Source: Podarcis filfolensis (Eukaryota). From it: a stretch of 64,000 bases of DNA. Under the pieces are notes generated by a model. It searched no databases, had not been told where the DNA came from, and saw only the letters and a list, made by a program, of their open reading frames with translations. Position numbers and translations under genes: made by a program. Positions 36,442 to 49,688 of this stretch are shown here, piece after piece (the first letter of the stretch is position 1; the number at the start of each line of letters is the position of its first letter). The DNA lies in the NCBI GenBank assembly GCA_964270895.1, contig OZ185437.1; one strand, 5' to 3'.

Positions 36442-39400
36442 GGTAAGACTGGACTCCGCGGCCGGAGCGGGCCTGGCGTCGACTGGCTCCTTTTTCCTGC
36501 AAAACGCTCGGCCCTCAGAGGCCTGAGAGGGACTGGGCATCCCCCTCCCCTGCTCGGGCCCACTCCGGCCTTCTTCTTTCAGCCCCCCCGGCGGAGGGAA
36601 GAGGCGGCCGGAGAATCCGGAGGTTACAGGCGGGAACAACTCCAGTCAGCCTCCTTTTCCGAGGGGTGACAGCCCTGCGGGGTCGCTTCTGCAGAGTGCC
36701 TTTGCTGGCAGTGCGGTGCTGAGCCAGGCAGAGGTGTGTGTTCAGCCCCAGGGTCAGGATCCCCCCAGGCAAAGCTGTCACCACCACGCGAACTCCCCAG
36801 CTGAGCCCGGAGGCTGCGACTTTTTTATTCCCTTTTCTTACGCGAGAGGGTTTCCTTCCCCCTTTGGCCCAGCCCAGCCTGGCGGCTGCTGCCTCCTCCC
36901 CACCAACCCCCTGACGGGATCACGCTGCTGCTGGTCTTGGGAAGAGGCTATCCATCCGATCTCGGTGGTCTCCCTGGATCACGTGTGCCACTGTGTCACG
37001 GGGAGCGGGTTGTGGCGGGAGGCCTACAAGTCAGGGGGCATCTCTCCTCTCCATGGAAACGAGGGATGGGGTCACTTTTGCTGCTGGTGGGGCGCAGGAA
37101 CGCGGGCAGCGGATCCAGGCGCCCTCTCAGATCTGCAGAGTAAGCCTCACAAGGTGAGGGTTTATTCACGAGTAAGGACTACAATTCCAGTACACACTTC
37201 ACTTGGAATAGAAGGGCAGTGGTCGTGGTGGGGTAATCCCTGTTGAACTTAATGTGCAAACGTGCCTTAAATAGAGGTGGAGTTGTGGTGTCTCTCTTGG
37301 TCCAGCCCCCTTGGGGTTTTTATACCTCTGCCTCTATTCCTCTGATTACTGGTGTGAATAGGACTTCTGTTACTGTTACTTCTGTTCTGTTATATTCCAG
37401 GTTTACTGGAAGAGTAAGGATTCTTTGGGTTAGCCATATAGGACAGCTTTTTTCCTTCTTACTTAAAGTACGGTATGTGCATAGGTGTTGTGCCATTATT
37501 CAGTTATGAGACCAGGTAAATGTTCCTGGTGGGATTGTGGCAACTTTAATGCCTAAACCTTTGTATTCTTCATTGGGAGTAAGTTTCATTGGGTTCAACC
37601 ATAAATGTGGTTTTACTTGTAGGTAGATGTGTGCTTGGGATTGCTATGAGTCTCAGAGGATTATTGCAGCTTTTCAGTGAAATATTTTTTTTTCATTCAG
37701 GAGCAGGATTCCAGTCCTAATCCCATTTACCTGGGAGTAAGCCACATTGAACTAAGTAGGACTTCCTTCTGGTTAGACATGGTTAGAGTTATGCTATGAT
37801 GCATGTTTACACACTGAACACCCAGCAATCCTGTTTGCTCAGGTCTGTAACTCCATTGCTTAGAAGACGTAGTCAGAAGTAGGGTCCATTCATTTAAATG
37901 AAGCTTACTCAAAATTAAGTGGGTTTGGACACCAGCAAACAATTGATGCCCATATAAGGTTCTGATGATACTGAAACTTCAGATTTATTTTCTATACATT
38001 AGATTTCAGGCAAGTGGACACAAGGAGAGGGCCGATAAACTGGTGTGAGATGGAAAGAAAAACATCCATAGAAGATAACAGAAAAGGGGGGAAACTGCAC
38101 AAAAGGAAGAGGAGATTTGGCTGCTCAGAGAGGGAGAACCTTAGTTAACCTTAATTAAATTAATAAGCAAATCCTATGGATTTCTATTTAGAAGCAAGGC
38201 CCACTTATTTTAATGGGATTAACTCTCAAGTAAGTATGCACAACACTGGAACTTTTATGTTTCAGTGTCGATTTGGAATGAACATTAGTTTTATTTAGTT
38301 TAAAAAAAAAGTAAAATGACAAGACTTTGCAAATTAAAAAGAAAGAAAGCTATTCACTTTAGAACTACTACTCTATGTTGCTTCAGTGTGGGCAAATCTA
38401 GGGAGTTTCTTCAAACTTCATCAACAACGGGGCAACAAAGAAGAACTGCTGCCTATATTAGGTTCTGAGGGTGCTGAACCTTTCCCCCAAATCCTCTTCA
38501 TTTTGATTTCAGGCAAGTTGACATTAGGAAGGAGGAAGAGTTAGAGAAGTGGATTGAAGTGACAGAGAAGGTGACGCAAGGTGGAAGAAAGTGAACAGCA
38601 TAAAAAGGGAAGTGAGAGGGAGACAGAGGCAACACCAGCAGGTGAAAGGAAATAGAAGGAAGGTGAGCAGGGAAGGATAGAGATGTTTGAGAAGGTGAAG
38701 AGAATGTGGAAGAAGGTGGATTAGCTGGTGATAGAAAGGATTGTAAAAGAGGATGAGATGAGAACAAGTAACCGAGAAAGGACTAAAAAAGTGGATGGAG
38801 GAGACAATAATAAGGCATAAGGTCAGTGGAGAGAAAAATAAAGGAATGACAGGTGGTGGTGGACAAAATGTGCAAGCAGGTAGGTAAATAAAAAAGCACC
38901 AGCCAGTGACAGGAGGAAAGGTGGTAGTGAAAGTTACAGAAATCAAGAAAGTGATAGAAAGACCATTTTTTGTAAGAAAATGCAAACATAACAGTGATTT
39001 GTGATTTGCTCTCTGCTCAATATTAACCACAGGCTTCTCTGAGGAGAAAACCCCCAGAAATCAAAGAGATGGTACAATTACTAAAAGGGTTCAAAAGTGT
39101 GACCAACAGTACATGAAATATTGGTTGACCTGTACTGAAAAATATATGTCACTGCCTCAGTGTGTGATATGTGGTGAGATGTAAATGAAGAGGGGAGGCT
39201 TGAGCTTGGCCACCTAATCTGTTTGTGGATGAGCTGGGATTTGCACTTCAGTCTAGAATCCAGAACCCTTTCAGAGGATGTAATATTGGAGTTACTTGCC
39301 ATGTATGAAGGCATGTACTCGGACCAGCCACTGAGGAGTTCTTGGAGAGGTGATAGAAAACTTTCCCTTCATGAACTTGAAGGTCTTTTTTAGTTAATGC

Positions 39401-40239
39401 TTGATGTGTTTTCCCCTTTCTTTTGCAACAAACAGTTCCTTCCATTGACTTCCACTATCTGGATTTGATCTAGAAAGTTTGGGTTAGTTATTTATTAAAA
39501 TATTTATATTCCACATTTCCCGTTCCTTTGAAAGAGCATTCAAGTTGTGTAATAATATTTCAATTAAAACAATGATAGATTATTTAAAAAGCAAATACAG
39601 TACAAAAATTAAAAGATTCAGACAACTAATTTGGACAGTATTTAGTCATAGCCTAAAATTCTGCAAAACAGAATAGTATTTATTAAGCCCTGGAAAGTCA
39701 TCAAGGATGGGGGCATACAAGCAGGGAATTCCAATGTCTGAACACCACTGAACAGTGGAAAGGCTCGTTTCCAGGTTCCCACTAGATGTACTTCTGGTTC
39801 TAATTCACTGAACTTTAGAGGTAATGATCAGCATCTTAAATTGTCATGTTAAATGAACCAGCCAAAACAGCGGAAGCTAATAGTGGTCACATAGTCTCTA
39901 GCACTTTCCATAGTAAAAATTCTTACTGTTGCATTCTGCACAAACTAAAGGTTGCAAGCACTGTTCAAGGGCTGCCCTGTGTAGAGTGTTTCAGTCATCC
40001 AAGCTGGATGTCACTAAGACACGTGTGACCCTTGCCAGACCATCTTTTCCCAGGAACCTAACCTGAGCAAAAGCATTGTTGGCCATGATTGCTATATTGG
40101 CATCCAGGAGCAAATAACTTTGGCACTTATTTTTTTTTAAGAGGAGCAAAACCCTGTCCAGGTTATATTCCTATTCTTGGATCAGCTCTCCTATTGACCA
40201 GTAGCAATCCCTCTTATTAGATCATACGCATTCATTTAC

Positions 40240-40620
40240 TGCTAAACACCAGCTAAGAGCCTCCACGGGTTCCTTGGACTTGGAACCAAAAGGAGATATA
40301 GAATTGGGTGTCATCACAGCAACGGTGCCCCCAAATTCCTGAATAACTCTTCCTAGCAGTTTAATGTAGATGTTAAATACTATAGAGGGCAGAATGGAAC
40401 TCTTCTGAATCTTACAGAATGGAAGTAATGGGGCTGAGCATTTGTTCCCCCACCCTGTACCACCACCTGGAACCTACTGTCAATGAGGACTAGGACTACC
40501 AGAAAATTGTGTCCCAGGTCCCGCTCCATCCTGACAGTAGAGAATGATACCACAGTCATGGTACTGAAAGCAACTGAGAGGTCCCGTGAAACCCAGAATG
40601 TTGTGCTTCCTCTGTCCAAT
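40240..40620 (-). mobile_element. Old L2 LINE RT fragment
   Basis: DRGSTTFWVSRDLSVAFST resembles the L2 DRG...LLDLSAAFDT motif; downstream CDDTQFYI resembles YADDTQLY. Confidence 0.7.
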
Positions 40621-40829
40621 ATATAGCAGGTTTTTTCCTTCTTTTCAATGGGTTTTCATAAAGATAAACTTGCTTTAGTTCTATGTGTATGAGTTAGAAT
40701 GAGCTGTGTTGAGGTGTCTGGCTAACATGGCGTTCCCTTCCCTTTCCTCTACCCATTTTGCCAGGAGAAGGGCTTCAGTAATGTTCACTTTCAAAGATGG
40801 GAGGAATGCTCTCCCATCAGATGCCAAGG

Positions 40830-41010
40830 AAATAAATATCTATCTGGCTTTTAGAAGACATCTGAAGGCAGCCTTATACGGGGAAGTTTTACATGTTTGA
40901 AGTTTTTAATGTTTTAATATTTTGTTGGAAGCCGCCCAGAGTGACTGGGACAACCGATTCAGATAGGAGGCATATAAAAAATACCATCATCATCATCATC
41001 ATCATCATCA
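40830..41010 (+). mobile_element. L2-type 3' end with (ATC)n tail
   Basis: TTTTAGAAGACATCTGAAGGCAGCC...GGAAGCCGCCCAGAGTG...GCATATAAAA(ATC)n. Confidence 0.75.
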
Positions 41011-41935
41011 AGGCTGCTACCAGTTTCCAGATAAACCAACTTCAAGCCATGGTTAATGAAGCTGGCTTTTTAAATCAGTTTGTTTTAAGCCACAACCTCT
41101 GGTTTGTATATAATACCAAGCAAGGATTATTTGAAAATGAAACTTCAAGGTTTCTTCTTGTCGTGTGAGAGCAAGTGTGTATGTGTAAGCAAGCCTGAGG
41201 CTTTGCTGTGACTCACATTAGCTCTTGCACATAGTGTTAAACCATCCTTGTGTCACATGTGAAGTAGCCCATTAAATCTATGTACTAACTAGTTTTTTTA
41301 AAAGGTTTGCAGCCAGCAGCATTGGACAACTCTCCCTCACCTTGTTAAATCTCAGAACAATGAGAAAAGAGTTTATGGTATTGGGGGGGGGGGGAGTAGG
41401 TCTAGGGTAGGAGATGCTCCATTGTATGAAATCCTTCATTGTGTATTTACCAAATTTGGCAGTGGTACTTAAGAGTAAAAAGCTTTGCTGCAAATATATA
41501 TTGGGTTTGTGCCTATATTTTTGGATGATAGTATTTTCTTTTGTTTGGGTTAATTTTAGTTAGCTAAAAGCAATTTCTGTTTGTTGGAACAGCTGGTTTG
41601 CTGCTTTTATCATGCTGCTAGATCAAGTGTATTTTTTGGAAGAGCTCAGCAGTTGTTAAAAGCCATATAAGTAAACTTCTCAACAGTTACTTTTGATGAA
41701 CCATAGTTAAGATATCCCTTTTTGAGTTTGAGACAGGATGGGTAAAACTGGGACTGCCATTGATAAAGAGTGAACACTAGTTTTCTTTTTCTAAACTGTG
41801 CAAGTATTTGGAAGTCACTTTACTAAGGGACAGAATTTTATGAAGGAAGCAGTAGTGAATGCTGTACTCTTCGAATAGAATTCAGTGTTGTGCTCTTAAA
41901 ATTGTTCTGTCTGCACAAGCACTGCAGCTTGCTAG

Positions 41936-42389
41936 ATGGAACGTGTCCAGAGGAGGGCAACCAAAATGGTCAAAGGCCTGGAAGCGATGCCTTATGAGGA
42001 ACGGCTAAGGGAGCTGGGCATGTTTAGCCTGGAGAAGAGGAGGTTAAGGGGTGATATGATAGCCATGTTCAAATATATAAAAGGATGTCACATAGAGGAG
42101 GGAGAAAGGTTGTTTTCTGCTGCTCCAGAGAAGCGGACACGGAGCAATGGATCCAAACTACAAGAAAGAAGATTCCACCTAAACATTAGGAAGAAATTCC
42201 TGACAGTAAGAGCTGTTCGACAGTGGAATTTGCTGCCAAGGAGTGTGGTGGAGTCTCCTTCTTTGGAGGTCTTTAAGCAGAGGCTTGACAACCATATGTC
42301 AGGAGTGCTCTGATGGTGTTTCCTGCTTGGCAGTGGGTTGGACTCGATGGCCCTTGTGGTCTCTTCCAACTCTATGATTCTATGATTCT
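41936..42389 (+). mobile_element. CR1 LINE 3' end with an open frame
   Basis: 125-aa uninterrupted [15 protein letters not shown]...[14 protein letters not shown]...FKQRLD; terminal (TATGATTC)2. Confidence 0.93.
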
Positions 42390-44380
42390 GTGGAATGATC
42401 CACCCTCTCCCCGGTCCCATGTGCTGCTCTGGGATTTCTCCCAATCTCCAAGAGCCATTTCTTGGAGGGGAAAGGGAGCCCTGTTGTGTAAGCAGAAATT
42501 CTTGCACCGGGATTCCCCTGATGGGGCTGATGTGGTGAATCCAGCCCTTTGAGGCTGTACACACTGTAAAGCAATGTTTAGATCCTGGTCTAGTGCATAT
42601 TGGCTATGGCATGCAAATATTGGGTGTTAACTAAGAATATAATGTGTGTCATCTACATTTATAATCTTCAAAAAGTTAGTGCCACTAGTGGAATGTTTGT
42701 TGAGTAGACATGCAATAACTGCTGGAGCTCTAGGCATTTGGTGGTAGAAATATGAAATACAAAAGCATTGGATAATACTTTAATATGTATACTGTATTGA
42801 GTAATAGCAACAGGTGAGATCTGCTTGAAAATGTTGCAGTGTAGAGTGCTCCAGTTCAGAGAGTTAAGCCCTTTTTCCACAGCCATCTTCCTTTCTCTGA
42901 CTTTGCCATACCCCTTCACCTGATACTCAGCATTCTGTGGCCACAGAGCATGTTCATGTCTTGCGTCTTAGCATTTTTTCCTAAATATTGTTTGTGTGTC
43001 TACAAACCTTGGGTTTCCGCCGAGCACTCTGATAGCTCCCACTTTTTCTAATTGGTGCTGTTTTGGTTCTAATCCTGTCAGCACTTGACAGCTGGGATTG
43101 CTGTTAAAGTAATAATTTTAATACAGTTGTTAAGAGTTCAATAACAATATTTTGAATTTTCATAGAAACCTTAGTACCTTCCATTACACTCAGTTGCTGA
43201 AACGTCAGAAATCATTTTAATTAGTTGCTGTCAATTTTCATTTAAGTAATACTTATCAAAAAGGCAAAGCATCTTACGTTCTGAATTTCGAATGGAAATG
43301 TAGTATGGCTATCTTGAGTCTATAAAAAATTAATTGTTGCCTCAGCTGCATTTCATATCTTTCTTCAATGATGATATGATGAAAAGTTTAAATTGTCATC
43401 ACTTAATGTACATGGTTCAGCCTCATTTGCTCAGTGTAAATTTTACTATTTTACTGAATGAGTTAAGTAGTTGAGTATTGACACTGGAAGGGGCAAACGT
43501 TTCAACTCTTAGCTGTCATAGGTTTAGATTAGGGCTAGCAAAGAAGTGTGCCCCTTACTGTACTCTGTGGGGCACCCCAGAAATCTGTCATAAGCTAATT
43601 TCAGGCCTTAGTTTGAGTGAGTATGTGGACCTGCAGAAGCCCTCCCAAGTTTTACCTATATACCTAGAACATGTGAAACAGTATAAACAATACCTTTGAG
43701 GATGTACATAGCATATTTTTCTTGGTATTGAATTCTTGCAGCCAGTTTCTACATTTTAGGATAAGTTTTCAAGTCAGAATCTGTCGCTTTCTGGAGAATT
43801 TGATCTCTGTATATAATGTCATTGTATCACTTTCTGATCTTGGTCAGTACTGCACTGTAGCTGAAATACATTTAGTTTTTGAAATATACTGTTAATTGTT
43901 TTTCAAAAATCTTACAGATATAATAGTTTTAAAAAGTGATTTTTTTTGTCCTTTTGTATACCTCCTTTTCCCCATTTCTTTTAGCATCTTAGCTATCATG
44001 CTTTCAAATGTGTCTTTGTCATAATGAAAGCTATCAGCATGCACTTTTATAAAAAAGCTGTAGTTCTTGGGGGTGGGGTAAATTACCATTTTTACTGGGG
44101 TGTTTTATGATGTTATTATAGATAGTTGTTATATCTCTTTATCTTTAAAAAATTAAAAAGAAAAAAACAGCCCACAAGTGACATGGCACTATGTTGGTTC
44201 TTGGACATTCATTGTTTCTTTGTATATGTGCATGCTTTACATGTGGTGTTTCCCCCACATGCTGTTGTTAATGTGCTATGCTGTTAATAACTTGAATGTA
44301 TGTTGGGGGTTTAAGTATTTTGTTTGTTGTTATTTAGGGTCTCCTTGGAACTAGAGATCGATTTTTTTCACATAAATAAT

Positions 44381-44570
44381 CTACACTTCCGCCATAAACC
44401 GTACGCTGGAGCGGTACAAGTTCTTCATATTTGCCTTTTCTCTACATGGAGATGATCTAGCCGCTGTTTCATACATAGCATTTCCCTATATGGGAATGAA
44501 CCCTACATACAAAAATGACACACATAAAGAAGTTGTACCTGTCCAGACCACATTTTGTTGGAAAAGTGTA
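44381..44570. mobile_element. Imperfect hairpin MITE, unclassified
   Basis: TACACTT...GGTACAAGTTCTTCAT at the left, mirrored by AAGAAGTTGTACC...AAGTGTA at the right. Confidence 0.5.
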
Positions 44571-46746
44571 GTGTAACCCATCCTAACTTTAATATTAGTT
44601 AGAGGAAAGATATCCAGTTATGCCGATATTTCAGAAGTAGAATGTAGTGTTTACTCTGTTACTCTTTTGTGCTGAGAATATTCTGTTTCCCCTTCATATT
44701 CATCAGCAAGAGCCACTTTAAGTGGAGAGATTTCTATTTGTCATATCTAGTTCTAGCTGATCCATAAGATTAATTTATTGTTAGGGCTAATAGAGAGCAC
44801 CTTGCAAGGAATTTCACTGCAATACTACTTTGGTGATAGGTGTGGATCAGAAAATTGTCCTAGAAATTGGGAGGCCTCCCATCTCCCGTAAGTGGTTTTT
44901 GGCCTGGAAAATCATTGCTGGGATATTTAAGCCTACTTTATTAAATATTTGTCAGTGGAAAAGGGTAAATTGCATCTATTTGACAATGCAACAGTAACCA
45001 TGTATACTCAGACATAACTCCTGTTGAATTCAATGGGGCTGACCCCCAGGAAGAGGGTTGCAGCCCCAGTCATATTTAGAAAAGACCCATTCGTATGAAC
45101 GGATTAAGTTAGTTGTGAGATGCTTAAAGCTGATTGATTTCTATAGATCTACTCTGAGTATGACTTACATTTTTTAGAAGTCCAGTTTCCATTTTGTGAT
45201 AGTGAAGTAAAACTTTGGTAAAGAGAGAGTATTTTTAAGGCAGAAGTCTAAATAACTGAATACATAGGGTACCATCTGCCATCAAGCATTGTGGTTAAGA
45301 ATAATGGAAAGAGTCTGCATTCCAAATAAAGTAGAGTTTCTGAACTCTCTACAAATTCATGGCTGAGCAATCCAACTCCTTTGAATGTTTCAGCAGCATT
45401 TAACATTCAATCACTGTCGTCGTTGTCATAGTAGTTCCTTTTTCTTTTTTACAAGAAAGAAATACATATTGATTCAAAGTTTGTTATTTTCAGTTGTACT
45501 CAAAGTACAAATATTTAAATAGCCAAACTGAAATTTGTTTCTTTCAGCAAAGCATAAACTTTCTTTGAAACTTTTATTACTTCATTGGTACTATCTATGT
45601 TACATATAATAATTACTTCAGTAAATTTGTTGTAAAAAAAGCAAAGTCAGCGAAGATCTTGAAAAATCAAGTTAATCCATACTTCATATATTTTATGGCA
45701 GAAAAATAAACCTAGGCAACTAAATATATTATTATTTTTGAAAAATATGAAATGCAAGGTACAATTCCATTAAAATTCAGTTTTCAGTGACTATGTCCCC
45801 GACAATTGATGAAATGATTTCTAGAGAATGTTTTGTTGCTGTACCTGTATAAAGTTTCCCACCAGAAAATCTGAATGGGGTATGGGGGGGATGTTTTTCT
45901 TGCAGGACACAGTGTTTTAACAGTTCTAGAAATAATTAAGTCAGATACAAGGAAAGTCACTTTGTGATAAACATGGCCCTTCTATAAAATGGCTGTGCAT
46001 GGTCATTTTTTATGGGAATATGGAAAATTGTACCCATACTATTCTGAGCATGCATACAGATCAAATTTCACTTTCTTTAGTGATAAGCAATTTAAAACTT
46101 ACTCAATCCTGTTAAGAGCATGTGTGGAATTCAGTCAGCTTTTACTGCAAGGAAATAAATGCTTCAGAACAGTACGTCTGTTGTTGTGCTTAGTAGTTGA
46201 GAGTAAAACTTCTGTTTTGGAGCTGCAGGGCATGGCATCCTTTTTAAAAAGTCAGCGATAAAAGACAACATTCAAGTTCTAACTTCTACATTAACTGCTA
46301 ATATGTATTTAACATTTCCAGATTGAAATGTGTATTTAACATTTCCAGATTCATATATCTATAAAGGAACATGCCTTTTTCTTATGCAGATCAGTTAAAA
46401 TAGAATCAGTGATGCTTCCTTTGAATTTAGTTTGTTTAATCTGTGAAATTGCAATCTTGTCTGTAATGCACACAGGCAGATCTAGTGGGGTTAAGGGAGA
46501 GGTGAATGTATGCAGTACTGTTTAGGGCTACTGCCTTAGTTTAATGATACTAAGGCTACATAAATTTATACCATTTTAGTAAATTCTAAACATTTTGTTG
46601 TGTTTCTAGTAATCACCAAAGAAGAAGTTCTTTCCCATATCTCTTTTGCTGTTATTCAGACAAAGCTTTGCTTTCTTTGGATATCCACAATATGTGCATG
46701 TGCACTTGTAAGTTCAATTGGACTTCCTTCCATGTGAGTGGACTTC

Positions 46747-46878
46747 CATCCCCAACCTGCAGCCCTCCAGATGTTTTGGCCTACAACTCCCATGATCCCT
46801 AGCTAGCAGGACCAGTGGTCAGGGATGATGGGAATTGTAGTCCAAAACATCTGGAGGGCCGAAGGTTGGGGATGCCTG
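46747..46878. mobile_element. URR1-like hAT hairpin MITE
   Basis: CATCCCCAACC...CTCCAGATGTTTTGG...CCAAAACATCTGGAG...GGTTGGGGATG inverted arms; loop nearly identical to the 21359 copy. Confidence 0.8.
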
Positions 46879-47439
46879 GCCTAGAACCATATTTGATGAG
46901 TGGGTTCTCATCTAGTCTAGCAGTGTGCTCTGTATTTTTTATTAACTTCCTGTTCTTCATTTGCATTCTAGAAATCTCAGGCCCACGCCTTCTCTTGCTC
47001 TATGGCAGACGTTGCCAGTTTCTTCTTCAGCTCTAGCCTGGCCACGGGTGGTTTTTTTATAAGTCAAAAACATAATGGAAACTAAAGGGTTGGGCTTTGA
47101 TGTGGGATATCTAAGTAAAAATTCTCACTTGGTTGTGGGTGATCATGGCCTAAGACAGGATTCTTTTTCTTTAAAGCAGGGGTTGTTACAGTTGGTTTGT
47201 ATATATGGTGCGCTGCAGTGCTCCTCCTTCAGCATTCTAAAGAATGGCGATCTTTGAGATCTGTTAGAGTATGGGAAAAAATTGTGGAGGGGTTCAGCTG
47301 TCTTAGTGCCCCCACTCCACTCTGAGGAAAGACACTAGCATCTTTCATCAGAGTGCAACATTGGGATGACTGGCTGAGTTAGCCTTGGATAATTGTAAGG
47401 AAAAGCAACAACATTTGGGCATTTTAGTTCAAAAGCTGG

Positions 47440-47720
47440 TTAAAGGGGAATGAGACACGGCAGAGGTTATAAAATTATGCATGATATGGATCAAGTGATT
47501 AGGATAAGTCTGTCAATACTGATAAATCTATTGAACTTGAGCTGTAGAGGCAATGTGTATCTTCGTACCACTTGCAGGGGGAGCAGCAGGGGGATATGGT
47601 TACTGTTTTCAAATCCTTCTTGTGGGCTTTCTAGAGGGATGTGATTGGCCACTGTAGGCAAACAGGATGTTGGGGCTAAGTGGAGCTTTTCTTTGATCCA
47701 GCACAGATACTCTTAAGGGT
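47440..47720 (+). mobile_element. Old CR1-group LINE 3' end
   Basis: GYKIMHDMDQV-like coding remnant, then GATTGGCCACTGTAGGCAAACAGGATGTTGGGGC...GATCCAGCACAG, typical of an older CR1 3' UTR as I recall it. Confidence 0.55.
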
Positions 47721-48574
47721 CTATAGTTGTTCTCCTTTTTACTATAGAAAATTTTGTCTTGAAGCTGTAGTTTTATTTTTGCCAGTTTCTGTGGAAAAGC
47801 CCACATCTGCATTTTTAAATTGGTCCTTTTAAAACCCACAATTTAGTATTTTTGCTGGGAAAGCATTAGGAAATTGGAATTGGTGAGATTTGGAATGTTA
47901 ACCTTGTGTTTGAGATAGAATAATAGTTCTCTCTACAGCTTATCTGTAGAGAATAAACATTCTCTACAGCTTATCTCCTCTAAAAATTACTTAGGGCTCT
48001 TCACAAAGGTGACTGTCAATTTTCTTTCTGACATGGTGGTGTATATAATATGTATGTTTCAGCCTATAGTTCTGAGCCTATTTGTGGCTGATTTTTCTCC
48101 AGTTCCTCCTTTGCAGTGTAGCTTCTGAGCCATATCCCAAGCTTCCTCTTTAAGCCCTCCAACCCTTAGGAGAGCCGTCAGCTACCCTCTCATGGTTCAG
48201 GCAGCTATTCAAGGCCATTTCCAGGCTGTGGCTGCTGTCACATGCTGACAGTTTTTAGGAGCCAGAGCTGAGAGCTGAGTGCAGGGTGGGAACCAAAGGT
48301 GGACAAACTACCACAGAAGGAATATGACTTGTCTCCTGCCAGGGGTACTACCCCTCCCCTAACACCCCATACACCCCAAACTTCCAGCGTACACTCAGTA
48401 TATCATCCATTTTTCAGACATTTGGCCTTTGTTTGTGACTTCAGATTTTCCCCTGGAAATGATGTATTTTAAAATGTTGACTGTAACTTTTCACAGGTGT
48501 TTAATCAGAAATGACCATGTATAACCATGTGCAAAATAGGCAGTTATAAATTGAAGAAATATATTTCGATAGCA

Positions 48575-48679
48575 CTCCAACCCTGAGCTAGGGAAGTTTT
48601 TAATATTTGATGTTGTATTGTGTTTTAATTTGTTGGAAGCCACCCAGAGTGGCCGGGGGAACCCAGTCAGATGGGTGGC

Positions 48680-48714
<35 letters not shown>
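48575..48714 (+). mobile_element. L2-type 3' end with (ATT)n tail
   Basis: AGGGAAGTTTTTAAT...GGAAGCCACCCAGAGTGGCCGGGGGAACCCAGTCAGATGGG(ATT)n. Confidence 0.75.
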
Positions 48715-48715
<1 letters not shown>

Positions 48716-48729
48716 CCTATATTTTTCTT

Positions 48730-49440
48730 GACTGAGATTGTTTTCTGCATGTTACACGATTTAGAACTTTGGGGTCTCAACTGACCATTAGTCCAGGAGT
48801 TGCAGAATGTTCAAAATTATTTTCTAAAGAAAGTATTGGCCCTCCCTGCTGGTATTCCTATTGCGTATATCCATGCAGAAGTGGGTTGGCCTTCTGATCA
48901 GGCAAAAAAGCCAGTTCAGCTCTTAAATTTTCAGAAGAGAATGCTAACTATGCCATCTTCACACTTGGTTTCTATAGTTTATGGCTCACCCCCTTAAATT
49001 CTGCTTTACACCTACAATCCAGTGACATATATCAATCTCTGTTGAATTTCCTTGCATATGAGAGAGCTTCTTTGACTGATGTGTTAACTATCCTTTCTTT
49101 GAGATTTTTTAGACTGGATCCATGTTTCAAGGTAGACCATGCAAAAGCTATCTATTTGGAGTTAATTACTCTGGCTCCCCATAAAATTGCTTTTACGGAA
49201 TTAAGACTTGGTGTTTTATGCTCTGCCTTTTTGGATGGCAGCTGGGAGAAATTCTCCTTGGAACAGCATTTCTGTGTGAGGTGTAAAATAGCATTGAGGA
49301 GGTTGTTCACCATATTACTCAGTGCCCTCTATGTAAGATCCTGATGAAGAATACTTGCTGTGAGTTTACTCACAGAAATAATTTTGTTACACCAAGTGAG
49401 TTTGTGTGCTTTTTGCTGTTAGAGAAAGTTTAAATTGCGT
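48730..49440 (+). mobile_element. Degraded non-LTR retrotransposon ORF2 C-terminus with CCHC knuckle (clade uncertain)
   Basis: VQNYFLKKVLALPAG-PIAYIHAEVGWPS; AFTELRLG; CVRC followed, after a frameshift, by IEEVVHHITQCPL. Confidence 0.65.
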
Positions 49441-49562
49441 TACCTTGTGTCTGTTGTGCTAGCTCCTAGGAAATTGAAGAGTCATATTTGTGGCTCATCT
49501 TTGAGTGTTTGTTATCCTTGCTGTGGTTTATAGCTAAACAAATAAAATTGCTACTACTTCTA

Positions 49563-49688
49563 CTTTGATAGCTGAAGTTCATGAAAGGATTCATGAAATC
49601 CTTTGATAGCTGAAGTTCATGAAAGGATTCATGAAATCCTTTGATAGCTGAAGTTCATGAAAGGATTCATGGGGTTCATGAAAGGATT
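49563..49688. repeat. Tandem 38-bp repeat, ~3 copies
   Basis: CTTTGATAGCTGAAGTTCATGAAAGGATTCATGAAATC exact at 49563 and 49601, partial at 49639. Confidence 0.95.

Larger units (their letters stand above)
35900..37150. promoter_or_regulatory. CpG island / housekeeping-type promoter
   Basis: Abrupt rise in GC and CpG density compared with CpG-depleted flanks; GC boxes; RFX, TCTCGCGA and YY1 motifs clustered at 35910-36072. Confidence 0.9.

Noticed and set aside
35791-37246. Many overlapping 70-176 aa ORFs in the CpG island
   Set aside because: GC-rich sequence lacks stops; the products are low-complexity Ala/Gly/Pro/Arg, mostly with non-ATG starts and no recognisable domain.
49563-49688. CRISPR-like or heat-shock-element array interpretation of the 38-bp repeat
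   Set aside because: There are no spacers (units are head-to-tail), the genome is eukaryotic, and GAA/TTC spacing does not give three consecutive nGAAn units.
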